DNA of 63,259 nt, filler included, from Clostridiaceae bacterium (GCA_012839865.1; 5 parts of 5 records of this genome joined end to end with filler, not necessarily neighbours in it); one strand, 5' to 3'; numbered from the whole stretch's first letter, positions 9,299 through 19,201 are shown. Notes: a model not told the origin generated them from the letters alone. Numbers and translations are program-made.

Positions 9299-10031
9299 GA
9301 AATACGATGCAAAACATACAGAGAGCTTTCTGAAGGGTTTAAGAATTTTAACGGGAATACCATATAAGAAACTCGAAAAGTACGCAAATGAAAACAATCT
9401 TTTCAATATCCTTGAGCATCCTAATACCATCGAACCAAATCCACAGCAGCTTCAAAAGATTTCACTCCTCAATGAATTCATAGCATCTTACAGGTTGCTT
9501 AAAATGCAGGAGGAAGAAAATAAAATAACACTGAATGCATCAACACGTGCCGGGGAGTATTTTTGCTCCATTCTGGGCGGAATAAAAGATAAAGAGAAGT
9601 TCATGGTAGCTTTCCTTGATAACGGAAACAACATCATTGAGACACGGACGGTCTCCGAGGGGAGTCTTGGTGAAGCGGTGGTTTATCCTAGAAACATATT
9701 AAAAGCTGCCCTTGATTGTGACTGTAAATCAATGGTTCTGGCCCATAACCATCCTGGAGGGTCTCTTAAAGCATCCCCGCAGGACATGGATGTAACAGAA
9801 AGGCTGGTATCCATCTTTAAACCACTTGATATCAATGTTCTGGATCATATCATTGTGGCCGGAACAAGGTATTACTCCATGGCGGAGCAGGGTCACATGC
9901 CCATCGCCAGTGCCGCAAAAGCAACCTACCAGCCTATAGCCCTGGGCAAAGAGGATGCGGCGAAGGAAGATGCTCCAGAATATGTCAATGAAGCAATACA
10001 TGAGGAGGACGGGGAATGGGAAATGGAATGA
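9291..10031 (+). CDS. radC: RadC-family JAB-domain protein with N-terminal extension and acidic tail
   Basis: E...AHNHPGG...S.QD JAMM motif, VLDHIIV, VYPRNILKAAL. Confidence 0.9.
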   Translation: MLKKYDAKHTESFLKGLRILTGIPYKKLEKYANENNLFNILEHPNTIEPNPQQLQKISLLNEFIASYRLLKMQEEENKITLNASTRAGEYFCSILGGIKDKEKFMVAFLDNGNNIIETRTVSEGSLGEAVVYPRNILKAALDCDCKSMVLAHNHPGGSLKASPQDMDVTERLVSIFKPLDINVLDHIIVAGTRYYSMAEQGHMPIASAAKATYQPIALGKEDAAKEDAPEYVNEAIHEEDGEWEME

Positions 10032-10903
10032 TGTTTTTTATTCTTGCCATGTTTACAGTCTTCTTTTCCTGCGGAGCATATATGATTGCTGCCGATTACC
10101 TGTCATTACCCACCTTCAGAGCTTCACTGGCGGTGTTGAATGTTTCAAAGCAGGAAAAGAGAAAAAAGAAGAATCATGAAGCGATGCTGCTGGAGTTGTC
10201 TTCAAAGCTGTTCCGGTTTATACGGCTGGACGAATACAGGAAAAGAAAACTGGCAGCGACATTAAAATCGGCAGGCATCAGGCTTTCACCGGAAACCTAC
10301 CTGGCAAAGGCCTGGGTGAAAGCAGGACTTGTGCTGCTATGCATCATACCTGCTCTGATTGTTTTTCCTATACTATCTCTTCTCATATTATTTCTCTCCG
10401 TGCTTGTATATTTCAAGGAAAGCCGCTCTGCCGAGGAAACCATGAAGAAACGGCGGGAGGCAATTGAGTCGGAATTACCCCGTTTTGTGATGACCCTGGA
10501 ACAGGAATTAAAAACAAGCAGGGACGTATTAAGGATACTTGAAACCTACAGGAAAAATGCAGGTCCGACATTCAAAAATGAGCTTGACATAACCATTGCC
10601 GACATGAAATCCGGCAGCTTCGAGGCTGCGCTTTCACGCTTTGAAGTACGAATTGGAAGCGCCATGCTGTCTGATGTGGTAAGAGGGTTGTTAAGCGTTT
10701 TAAGGGGTGATGACGGCAGAGTGTATTTTCAAATGCTGGCTCACGACTTTAAACTGCTTGAAGTCCAAAAGCTGAAACTGATTGCCATGAAACGACCGTC
10801 AAAAGTGCGGAAGTATTCATTCATCATGCTGGGGTGTTTTGTGATAATGTACCTTGCAGTAATGACGGTGGAGATAATGAAGGCTATTTCGGGATTGTTC
10901 TGA
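10016..10903 (+). CDS. tadC: TadC-like pilus assembly membrane protein
   Basis: N-terminal TM, central TM pair, IESELPRFV T2SSF motif, C-terminal TM. Confidence 0.8.
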   Translation: MGNGMMFFILAMFTVFFSCGAYMIAADYLSLPTFRASLAVLNVSKQEKRKKKNHEAMLLELSSKLFRFIRLDEYRKRKLAATLKSAGIRLSPETYLAKAWVKAGLVLLCIIPALIVFPILSLLILFLSVLVYFKESRSAEETMKKRREAIESELPRFVMTLEQELKTSRDVLRILETYRKNAGPTFKNELDITIADMKSGSFEAALSRFEVRIGSAMLSDVVRGLLSVLRGDDGRVYFQMLAHDFKLLEVQKLKLIAMKRPSKVRKYSFIMLGCFVIMYLAVMTVEIMKAISGLF

Positions 10904-10918
10904 AGCCCATGATATGAT

Positions 10919-11185
10919 TTATATATTGTCAACTATGGAATGATGGCCGATGTCCAGCGTAATAATAATATCGGAACCGTAGTAACGCCAAAGAATACGA
11001 ATATCCATGTTAACGCTGCACTCAAACAATCCTTCATAGCCTTTGATTTTCTTTGTTCTTAAAGAAGGATGATAGGGATTTTCCTGAAGGATTTTCAGCT
11101 TACCGGCCACAATTTTCTGCTCATTAAGGCTCAGCTTCTTCAGGTTCTTTTCGAAGTTCTTTGTAAATGATATTCTATACTTCAT
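10919..11185 (-). CDS. Type II toxin, RelE/ParE superfamily
   Basis: MKYRISFTKNFEKNLKKL...NPYHPSLRTKKIKG...DIRILW...DIGHH; start overlaps the antitoxin stop. Confidence 0.85.
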   Translation of the reverse strand: MKYRISFTKNFEKNLKKLSLNEQKIVAGKLKILQENPYHPSLRTKKIKGYEGLFECSVNMDIRILWRYYGSDIIITLDIGHHSIVDNI

Positions 11186-11447
11186 CCAGTTTAATCCCCA
11201 TGTCTTCAAACATTTTATCTATGTCATCATAGCTCTTGACGTCGCCATTTTCCAGTTCTTTTTCTGTCTCCTTCAATAACCTGGCAATACGAGCCATTTC
11301 CGATTTTGGATAGACCACGACGGGACAAAGAAATATGCCTCCATCCTTCTCAATTACCTCAAACTTGTCACCTTCTTTTATGCCCAGATTCTTTACGATT
11401 TCAGAAGGTATGGTAATTTGTGAGCGTCCTCTTAGTTCCACCAGCAT
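11175..11447 (-). CDS. AbrB/MazE/SpoVT-family antitoxin
   Basis: RSQITIPSEIVKNLGIKEGD swapped-hairpin motif, acidic C-terminus; ATG at 11447. Confidence 0.85.
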   Translation of the reverse strand: MLVELRGRSQITIPSEIVKNLGIKEGDKFEVIEKDGGIFLCPVVVYPKSEMARIARLLKETEKELENGDVKSYDDIDKMFEDMGIKLDEV

Positions 11448-11486
11448 GGAAATCAGTCCTTTCAGAATTTCGTACTTTCTGATTAT

Positions 11487-11515
11487 ATTATATGCAAAAT
11501 CCAAAAAAAATTCAA
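11487..11515 (-). promoter_or_regulatory. Sigma-A promoter of the TA operon
   Basis: Minus strand TTGAAT-17 bp-TATAAT. Confidence 0.7.
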
Positions 11516-11533
11516 TGAAAAGAGGTAAGAAAA

Positions 11534-11947
11534 ATGGTTTTCAAATTATTACAATCAAAATCAGGTGAAGGCTATGTGGATGTAATTATCTTCATCATGT
11601 CTGCCATGCTGGTTATAGCGCTTGCAGTGAATGTCCTTCCGGTATTTATTGCAAAGCATCAGCTGGATTTCTTTGCAAACGAGCTTTGCAGGACGGCTGA
11701 AATCGCAGGGCGGATTGACTCGGAAACTACTGCAAGGGCACAGGAATTGCAGAAGCAGACAGGTATAAATCCGGCAATCACATGGACAGCAAGTTTTGTT
11801 CCGGGGACAGGCAGGGTGCAGCTGAACGGGAAAATAACGGTTACGCTGAAACACACTGTAAATATCGGGCTGTTCGGCAGTTTTGGCTCATTCCCTATAG
11901 AATTGACTGCCAGAGCAACCGGAAGGAGTGAAGTATATTGGAAGTAA
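11534..11947 (+). CDS. TadE-like pseudopilin (DUF4320-like)
   Basis: Class III signal KSG|EGYVD followed by a hydrophobic helix. Confidence 0.75.
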   Translation: MVFKLLQSKSGEGYVDVIIFIMSAMLVIALAVNVLPVFIAKHQLDFFANELCRTAEIAGRIDSETTARAQELQKQTGINPAITWTASFVPGTGRVQLNGKITVTLKHTVNIGLFGSFGSFPIELTARATGRSEVYWK

Positions 11948-12480
11948 GGGTATTGAAAAAATTTAAGGATAAAAGTGGAAATGCGATTATTCTCGCCTGT
12001 GCTGTTGTGATCAGTCTTCTGCTCATATCCAGTGCCATTATGGAATATATCCGGCTGACCATTATCGCCAATGGGGTCCGGGATGCTCTTCAGGCTTCCG
12101 TTATCTCCGTTTCAACGCAAAACTATGATGAAGCTTACTTCGGCTTAAGAGAGGGTTATTCGGGCGGCTATAGCAGGACAAGCGGGGGAGGCTGGCAGGA
12201 AAAGCTGGATTATGGTGATATTTATGCTGAACTGGATGGGCTGCTTGGATTGGATCATACTCATATGAAAAGAACAGACAGTGGCCTTGAATATGCTTTG
12301 TCAGGACTATCGGTTAGCATTATCAATTCGCCTTTTGCTCCATCAAATCCTCAAAACGGCAATAAATTCACTGCTGATGCAAAAATCTCACTTGAGGTTC
12401 CTCTTTCATTCGGCTGGGGGATGCTTCCACCGCTTAAAATAACCATAAAGACAACTGCTGGATATGTTCCTAAATTTTAG
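11938..12480 (+). CDS. TadE/TadG-like pseudopilin (start may be a few codons downstream)
   Basis: KSG|NAIILACAVVISLLLI prepilin-type N-terminus. Confidence 0.7.
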   Translation: MEVRVLKKFKDKSGNAIILACAVVISLLLISSAIMEYIRLTIIANGVRDALQASVISVSTQNYDEAYFGLREGYSGGYSRTSGGGWQEKLDYGDIYAELDGLLGLDHTHMKRTDSGLEYALSGLSVSIINSPFAPSNPQNGNKFTADAKISLEVPLSFGWGMLPPLKITIKTTAGYVPKF

Positions 12481-12591
12481 AAGAATAGTTCTCTAAACCT
12501 ATTGACTTTCCTCTTAAAATATTGTTTGCTTTTTAACAAGGGGAGAGGATTTTTGATTACCAGATAATGGCTAATAAGGAGGCCTTTTTAT

Positions 12592-13167
12592 ATGAGAAAG
12601 CTAATTGCAAAAAACCAACCAAAAGTAATCCTCTTTGGACTGATAATCTTTACAGTGGGATTAATTGCTGCTATAGCATTTACATTGTTAAGCACTTCCG
12701 ATACAAAAACAATTGCGGGCAGTTCCGGGGAAAATGCTATTGTATCCCCGAATATTCAGAAATCCGGAGTAAATGAGTCGAAGGTAGAGGTTCAGCCCAT
12801 CGTGACTGTTCCCGAAGCAAATACACAATCGGCAGAATCACAGGGAACCAACCAGACTCAGGAAGCCAAACAGCCTGAGGCACTTGTTAGAAGCATCCAG
12901 GAAGGGCAGCCTGGGGAAGAAAGCAAGCCTACACCGCCCCCAAAGCCGGTTCCACAGGGAGATGTTACAGATAAAAACGTGAAGCCGACATATAAGGAAC
13001 AGGACGTCAAGCCGCAGCAAAACCAGCCTAAAATGGGAGACAGGAATGATAAGGGCGAGATTTATATTGAAGGGTTTGGCTGGGTAAAAGATGAGGGTGG
13101 TGGAGGTAAAGGGACTTTTGTGAAAGACATGAAAGAAAACGGAAATAAAATTGGAATAATGGACTGA
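12592..13167 (+). CDS. Membrane-anchored protein with Pro/Gln-rich stalk (DUF6550-like)
   Basis: RBS AAGGAGG, N-terminal TM, PTPPPKP linker, C-terminal YIEGFGWV motif. Confidence 0.7.
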   Translation: MRKLIAKNQPKVILFGLIIFTVGLIAAIAFTLLSTSDTKTIAGSSGENAIVSPNIQKSGVNESKVEVQPIVTVPEANTQSAESQGTNQTQEAKQPEALVRSIQEGQPGEESKPTPPPKPVPQGDVTDKNVKPTYKEQDVKPQQNQPKMGDRNDKGEIYIEGFGWVKDEGGGGKGTFVKDMKENGNKIGIMD

Positions 13168-13181
13168 TAAAAACCTTTTTT

Positions 13182-13218
13182 AGAGAGTATGGCAATTGAG
13201 CTGTACTCTCTTTTGTTT
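13182..13218 (+). terminator. Operon-internal intrinsic terminator
   Basis: AGAGAGTATGGC-aattga-GCTGTACTCTCT (G-U pairs) followed by TTTGTTT. Confidence 0.6.
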
Positions 13219-13229
13219 TGGAGGGAAAG

Positions 13230-14954
13230 ATGAAAAAAATATTTATTTATCTTATGTGCTTTATTATTTTGCTTTCAATGCAAAGAAATGTTTTTGCTGT
13301 AGGTGAGGGAAACATTGATGGGGGCGGAGGCGGGATGGGCCACGGAACAAGTGAATACTACTGGAACAGCGGCGATGACGGGGTGAGAATAACAATCATC
13401 CGTGATAGCGATAATACAGCTGTTTCTACACCAGTTGATTTTACAAACAGGCATCCTGATAATATTCAGGTTCATTTTGGCAAAGTGAGCAAGATACAGT
13501 ATAGAAATGGCGCGCTACTAACCCCAACCACCAGTACGTACTTATATAATAGTCCAGAGCAACCCTTGCCGAGAATAGTCAGTAGTGACGGTAATGTTAA
13601 TATTGCAGCTATAAAAAGTTATTTTACTGATGAACAGATAATAAAAAGTATAGCAAGTATAACAGGTTTTAACTATGAACAGCTGATAGATGGAAAATAC
13701 AAGCTTTTATTGGAGCCTATCGCATACTTTACATTTGGTGGCTTAAAGGTTGCCATGACAGCCCATGAAGCAGCTTTATATGATCAACAGATTGGAGGCA
13801 GGCTTAGAAGCACAATGCCAAGCCTCACCCATAAGAATTTGCCTCTTGCCATGTTCCTGGAAACTTCTGATTTGGGATTCCCGGCCTGGGATGGTCCAAC
13901 CACCGAAAAGGTGACAGATGATCAAATCATATCTTCACTGGGCCTGGGAATTGTCCGGTTCCGGGAAGCCGATACTCCTGTAGTTATTGGTGGAAGTGAT
14001 TTTGAATACAGGGTTGACACAGATGTAATCACTGCGGTTACTGTGACTGCCGGCAGCAGAATTACCCCTGACAATCCTGCAACAGTGACCTTTAATATCA
14101 ATGGAACAAAGTACAGAGTGACTGATATTGTCATACCGGAAGGTAACAGTCAGGTGGTCTGGGTAAAATGGCATACACCAGGATACCCTACAGCTTTTAC
14201 TATTACAGTCAGTGCAAACAGAGGTACGGTAAGCCGGTCAACCATAACTGCCAGGGTTGTGGACCTCAATGAAAAGGTTCCACCCAACCCTACGGCAAAC
14301 GACGAAAAGCCAGGTGGATATTCTATTCCTGCTGTACCCAACATGCCGCAGAAAACAACAGCCTCCTGGGGATTATGGAGCTGTTACTGGAAAGCAAATT
14401 GGGTATGGGAGTCTCATTGGGTATGGGTTTCGGACGGAGATGGCGGGGGACACTGGGAAGATCATGGCAGATGGGTAGACAAAGGTGATTGGGAATACAC
14501 CTATACAAACTACTCAGCCAGTCTTACAGCCAGTATGACTGTCACACCCGATGCAAAGGTTCCAACCGCATCAGGGAAAACCATGAAGTCGGGATACGGA
14601 ATCAACCTGAATGTAAAAACAGATTTACGGTCCAATGCACCGTCTTCAGCAATTACAGGAGCACAGAATGTATTGTCCTACTATCCTGAATTCAATTACA
14701 ATACGTACCTCAGACTGTCTGATATGATAACGGGCGGGTACAGTGCGGAATTTGAACTGAAGCCCAATGAATTCTCAACCTATGGCAGAAGGGTGCACTT
14801 TACACCCCTGTGGTTTCCTGACGGCAGATATTCGCCTGTGGCAAATGTCATTGATGCATGGACACCGGATGGCATGTTGTTCCTCTGCCTGAGTGATTAT
14901 GTGGACATCCAGGGCAATTTATATGACGACTGGCATATTGCGCCAAAAAGATAG
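13230..14954 (+). CDS. Secreted beta-rich protein, putative adhesin or pilus-associated protein
   Basis: Signal peptide MKKIFIYL...VFA, Ig-like Thr/Val-rich segment, Trp-rich hairpin; ATG 13230 after GGAGG. Confidence 0.75.
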   Translation: MKKIFIYLMCFIILLSMQRNVFAVGEGNIDGGGGGMGHGTSEYYWNSGDDGVRITIIRDSDNTAVSTPVDFTNRHPDNIQVHFGKVSKIQYRNGALLTPTTSTYLYNSPEQPLPRIVSSDGNVNIAAIKSYFTDEQIIKSIASITGFNYEQLIDGKYKLLLEPIAYFTFGGLKVAMTAHEAALYDQQIGGRLRSTMPSLTHKNLPLAMFLETSDLGFPAWDGPTTEKVTDDQIISSLGLGIVRFREADTPVVIGGSDFEYRVDTDVITAVTVTAGSRITPDNPATVTFNINGTKYRVTDIVIPEGNSQVVWVKWHTPGYPTAFTITVSANRGTVSRSTITARVVDLNEKVPPNPTANDEKPGGYSIPAVPNMPQKTTASWGLWSCYWKANWVWESHWVWVSDGDGGGHWEDHGRWVDKGDWEYTYTNYSASLTASMTVTPDAKVPTASGKTMKSGYGINLNVKTDLRSNAPSSAITGAQNVLSYYPEFNYNTYLRLSDMITGGYSAEFELKPNEFSTYGRRVHFTPLWFPDGRYSPVANVIDAWTPDGMLFLCLSDYVDIQGNLYDDWHIAPKR

Positions 14955-14966
14955 GAGGTTTATTAT

Positions 14967-15347
14967 ATGAGAGTTTTAATGGTTGAACCGGGGAAAGAGC
15001 CTTTTGTCACTGAAATCGGAAATAACCTGGAATCTTTGCAAAAAGCGGTTGACGGGCATATAGAAGTCCTATACCTTGAGGAGAATGTATTGATCGTTTG
15101 CAATGAAGAGGGAAAATGCATGGGGCTTGAAGGAAACAGGCGCATCGACAATGGAGATATAATTGCCGGCGCTTTTTTAATTTGCGGCTCCAATGATGAG
15201 GGAGAAATGATTTCACTTACGGATGAGCAGATAAAAAAATATACCGAACGCTTCAAAGAGCCTGAATACTATACTGCTGAGGAAGTAGAAGATGCAATTT
15301 TCATTGAAGTATATGCCGGGGACGATGAGGATGAAATGGAGGTGTAA
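14967..15347 (+). CDS. DUF3846-family protein
   Basis: VEPGKEP...LESLQKAVDGHIE...CNEEGK...IAGAFLICG...SLTDEQI pattern. Confidence 0.75.
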   Translation: MRVLMVEPGKEPFVTEIGNNLESLQKAVDGHIEVLYLEENVLIVCNEEGKCMGLEGNRRIDNGDIIAGAFLICGSNDEGEMISLTDEQIKKYTERFKEPEYYTAEEVEDAIFIEVYAGDDEDEMEV

Positions 15348-15349
15348 CA

Positions 15350-16045
15350 GTGAATTCTATTATTCCAATAGTCACAATAATTATAACCCTGCTTGGCGGC
15401 GGGGGCTTTCTTTTTTATATGAAAATGGGCAAAAAAACAACAAAGACATCGGACAGCAAGGAGCAGCAAACAGCCAATGAATTCGTCAATGTCAGGGACA
15501 TCCGGGACAGGTATTTATACACACGGGACAACAAGATCATGATGTATATAAAGATTAACCCCATAGCTATTGACCTTTTAAGTGAGCGTGAGAAAAAGAT
15601 TCTTACAAAGCAACTCACTGCAGAGCTTTCGGCAGAGCAAAAGCCCTTTAAGTTTCTTGCAGTATCGAGACCGGTTGATATTTCTCCGCTTATCAGCGAG
15701 TACAGCCAGCTTATGGCAGGTACGTCAAACCAGAAACAAAAAGAGCTCTTGCGGAACGAAATGTTTGTCATGAGTAATTATGCTTTATCGGGTGATGTCG
15801 TTGAGCGCCAGTTTTACATCATGATATGGGAAAGATGCGAGGAGGGTATTGAACGTGAATTATCAAAACGCTGCTGTGAACTTTCATCCAGATTTGAAGG
15901 CTGCGGCATTTCCTGTGAAATCCTGAACCAGCAGGATATCGTGAGACTTTGCAATCTCGTGAATAATCCGGCTTATTCCCATATTGAGGATACAGGCTTT
16001 GATGCCGCAATACCCTTGCTGGCAAATCTGAATTCGGAGGATTGA
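15350..16045 (+). CDS. VirB4-associated membrane-anchored protein
   Basis: N-terminal TM, ANEFVNVRDI and INPIAIDLLSERE motifs, directly upstream of VirB4. Confidence 0.65.
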   Translation: MNSIIPIVTIIITLLGGGGFLFYMKMGKKTTKTSDSKEQQTANEFVNVRDIRDRYLYTRDNKIMMYIKINPIAIDLLSEREKKILTKQLTAELSAEQKPFKFLAVSRPVDISPLISEYSQLMAGTSNQKQKELLRNEMFVMSNYALSGDVVERQFYIMIWERCEEGIERELSKRCCELSSRFEGCGISCEILNQQDIVRLCNLVNNPAYSHIEDTGFDAAIPLLANLNSED

Positions 16046-16052
16046 AGAGAGT

Positions 16053-17897
16053 ATGATAACAAAAAAGACGCATGTGGAAGAAATTCCTGTTAATGCAGCT
16101 CTGTTGAATGTTATAACTCCTATGGGACTGGAACTTAAACGCAACGGTCTGGTGATAGGTGAGAATTCCGGCAGAGTGTATGGAGTTGTAAAATATCCTC
16201 AAAAGGTTGACTACGGCTGGTTATCCAAAATCACAAACCTTCCGGGTACGATAGTCTCAATCTCCTTTAAACCCATTGACAACGGTTCATTTATTGAAAG
16301 CCTGTCACGTAGTGTCATTCAGAACAGAGGCACGGCAGAGAGTGCCAGAGACCCCTTGACACAAAAACGTGCCGAGAGAGCGGCGCTTGATGGTGAACGC
16401 ATCATGGTACAGGTGGACCAGCATGGCGAAACGGTTGGACTTTTAAGTATTGCAATCATGCCTGTTTCAAGGGATGACAGCGCCTTTCAGAAAGTGTGCA
16501 GAAAGACCGAAAGCACCTTTGCGATGTTAAAATGCAAAATCCGGAATCTATCCAACTTGCAAAGGGAGGGCTTCAAGCAGATCTCCCCTTTTTATGCGAC
16601 AAATGAACAGATTGAGGAAATCATTCAAAGAATCATGCCGTTATCCACTTTTGTCGGGGGATTTCCGTTTGCATCCAGCGGATATAACGACGGGACAGGT
16701 TACTATTTCGGGCGTGACGCATCCGGAGGTTTGATCATCCTTGATACCTGGAAACGTGGCGGCGACAGGACCAACACCAACATGGTTATCATGGGAGTTG
16801 CGGGTGTGGGTAAAAGTACGGCAGTGAAGCATATTGCCCTGTCTGAATATATGAAAGGGACAAAAATCATCTTTATCGACCCGGAAAGGGAGTACAAGGA
16901 GCTATGTGAAGCTTTGGAGGGCGACTGGATAAATGCAGGCGGCGGCAGAGGAGGTATGATAAACCCTTTGCAGATCCGGCCTGCTCCTGTCGATGATGAG
17001 GATGAAGCAAACAGGCTGTACAGGGACGAAGGTAACGGCCTGGGAGACATGGTGCTGCACATCAAGAACCTTGAGATTTTCTTCAATTTATACATTCCAG
17101 GCCTGACGGATATGCAGAAAGCCATTTTAAAGGAATGCCTGATAGAGCTGTACCGGCAATTTGGCATTACCTGGACTACCGATATAAGCAAATTGTCAAA
17201 TACTGATTTTCCGGTATTTTCAGACCTGTACAGGCTTATCATGAAGAAGGCCGGTGAAAAAGAAAAGACGCGGAAAGAAAGCGAGGCCAATGTTTATGCT
17301 GACCTTGCCTGCCTGTTAAAAGATATTTCAGATGGGAGCGATTCCTTTCTGTGGAACGGTCACAGCACATTGCAGGCTGATTCCAGCTGTATATGCCTTG
17401 ATACCCATGATTTGCAGAATACTTCCGATAACGTTAAGAGAACGCAGTATTTCAATATCCTGACCTGGTGCTGGGAGCAGATGAGCAGAAACAGGACGGA
17501 GCGGGTACTTCTCATCGCAGATGAAGCCTATCTGATGATAGATCCGAATGTTCCGCAATCTCTTGTATTTCTCCGCAATGTAGCTAAAAGAGCAAGAAAA
17601 TATGAGGCCGGAATTGCAATCATATCCCATAGTGTGGTGGATTTCCTTGATGAATCTGTAAGGATATACGGCCAGGCGCTTCTGGATATTCCATGCTTCA
17701 AGATACTGATGGGCTGTGACGGGAAGAACCTACAGGAGACAAAGGAATTATATAACCTTACGGAAGCTGAAGAGGAGCTGCTGGCAAGCAAAAAGCGCGG
17801 GAATGCCCTTGTGATGATTGGCTCAAAACGACTGCATGTAGTGTTTGAAATACCGGAGTATAAGTTTAAGTTTATGGGAAGTGCGGGAGGACGTTGA
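16053..17897 (+). CDS. virB4: VirB4-family conjugation ATPase
   Basis: GVAGVGKS Walker A, FIDPEREY, LIADEAY Walker B, KRARKY, IISHS motifs. Confidence 0.92.
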   Translation: MITKKTHVEEIPVNAALLNVITPMGLELKRNGLVIGENSGRVYGVVKYPQKVDYGWLSKITNLPGTIVSISFKPIDNGSFIESLSRSVIQNRGTAESARDPLTQKRAERAALDGERIMVQVDQHGETVGLLSIAIMPVSRDDSAFQKVCRKTESTFAMLKCKIRNLSNLQREGFKQISPFYATNEQIEEIIQRIMPLSTFVGGFPFASSGYNDGTGYYFGRDASGGLIILDTWKRGGDRTNTNMVIMGVAGVGKSTAVKHIALSEYMKGTKIIFIDPEREYKELCEALEGDWINAGGGRGGMINPLQIRPAPVDDEDEANRLYRDEGNGLGDMVLHIKNLEIFFNLYIPGLTDMQKAILKECLIELYRQFGITWTTDISKLSNTDFPVFSDLYRLIMKKAGEKEKTRKESEANVYADLACLLKDISDGSDSFLWNGHSTLQADSSCICLDTHDLQNTSDNVKRTQYFNILTWCWEQMSRNRTERVLLIADEAYLMIDPNVPQSLVFLRNVAKRARKYEAGIAIISHSVVDFLDESVRIYGQALLDIPCFKILMGCDGKNLQETKELYNLTEAEEELLASKKRGNALVMIGSKRLHVVFEIPEYKFKFMGSAGGR

Positions 17898-18176
17898 AAG
17901 ATCAATATTTAATGACAAAAAATCACCGCTATTATTTTAGAGTAATTTGCAATGTTTGGGAACACGCTGAATCAGCATGTTTCAAGACATCAATAAAATA
18001 ATTTTAATCCAGAAAAACATGAAAATATGCAGTTTTAGAGCACTTGGAAAATGTAGAACGAAAAATTACACCCAAGGAGAAAAAAGCGGATAAAAAAGCG
18101 TGAAACCCGCTTGTTCATAGTGTATAATGGTAATTGATATAATTCACAAATACACAAAAGAAAAGGGGTTTCACAT

Positions 18177-19201
18177 ATGGCTATTGTACCACAACAACAA
18201 ACACTCTTTGTGTGGAGTGAAATTGAAAATTTAGGAGATTTGGAAAGATTAAGACTTGTCATTGAATATATGCCTGATGAAGAATTGATGGCTAAACTGG
18301 AGAGAGAGGAAGAACGGGCGGGATGATTACCCTATAAGGGCAATGTGGAATGCAGTTTTGGCAGGAGTGGTGTATCAGCATATATCGATAGAAAGCCTTA
18401 GGCGTGAGCTTTCAAGGAATGGTCAGCTAAGGCTGATGTGCGGGTTTTACGGTACGAACAGGAAAAGCCGCAGAAACAAGAAGAAAGTGGGGATAGTACC
18501 GCCGGCCTGGGTTTTTACAAAATTTCTAAAGAAACTGCTTAAGCATGAAAAAGAGATTAATGAAATATTTGAGAAGCTTGTAGAACAGCTAAGAGGACTA
18601 CTTCCTGACTTTGGGAAGGAGCTGGCGATAGACAGCAAGGCCATAACATCTCTTGCGAAGAGGGAGAATAGAAAATGGAATCAAGCCGGTGATAGACATC
18701 AGGAACTGTTGGAAGGATGGTGAAGAAACACGGCAGTTATCGGGATTTGAGAATGTAGTTTACAATTACAAAGGGAATGTGTACTGCTACTTTCTGGAAA
18801 CAGGAGAAAAGAGGGAAATGGCAGTCGGAGGTTTTGAAGAGAGCAGGAGGACAATAAAGAAACTATGTCGTGCAAAGCAGTATGGGTTAAGCTGTAAATG
18901 CATGGATAGATGCCCTGCGAAGCAAGGGATCAGAATCAAGCTGGAGGTAGACCGGAGGATATTTACACCGATAGACCGTGCAAGCTATAAATGGGAAAGA
19001 TATTATGATAAAAGGACATCGGTAGAAAGAGTTAATAGCAGGCTGGACGAATCATTTGGATTTGAGAAGCATTATATTCGCGGTAAAAGAAAAATGACAG
19101 TACGCTGCGGAATTGCTTTATGTGTAATGCTTGCAATGGCAGTAGGAAGGATAAAAGAAAAACAGCAGGATAAAATAAGAAGCCTCGTAAAACGTGCTTA
19201 A
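18177..19201 (+). pseudogene. IS1182/IS5-like DDE transposase (DUF772 N-terminus), frameshifted and internally deleted
   Basis: Three consecutive frames: MAIVPQQ.., GRDDYPIRAMWNAVLAG.., ENGIKPVID..YDKRTSVERVNSRL; frameshift at (AG)n 18301-18308, second break near 18670. Confidence 0.85.
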
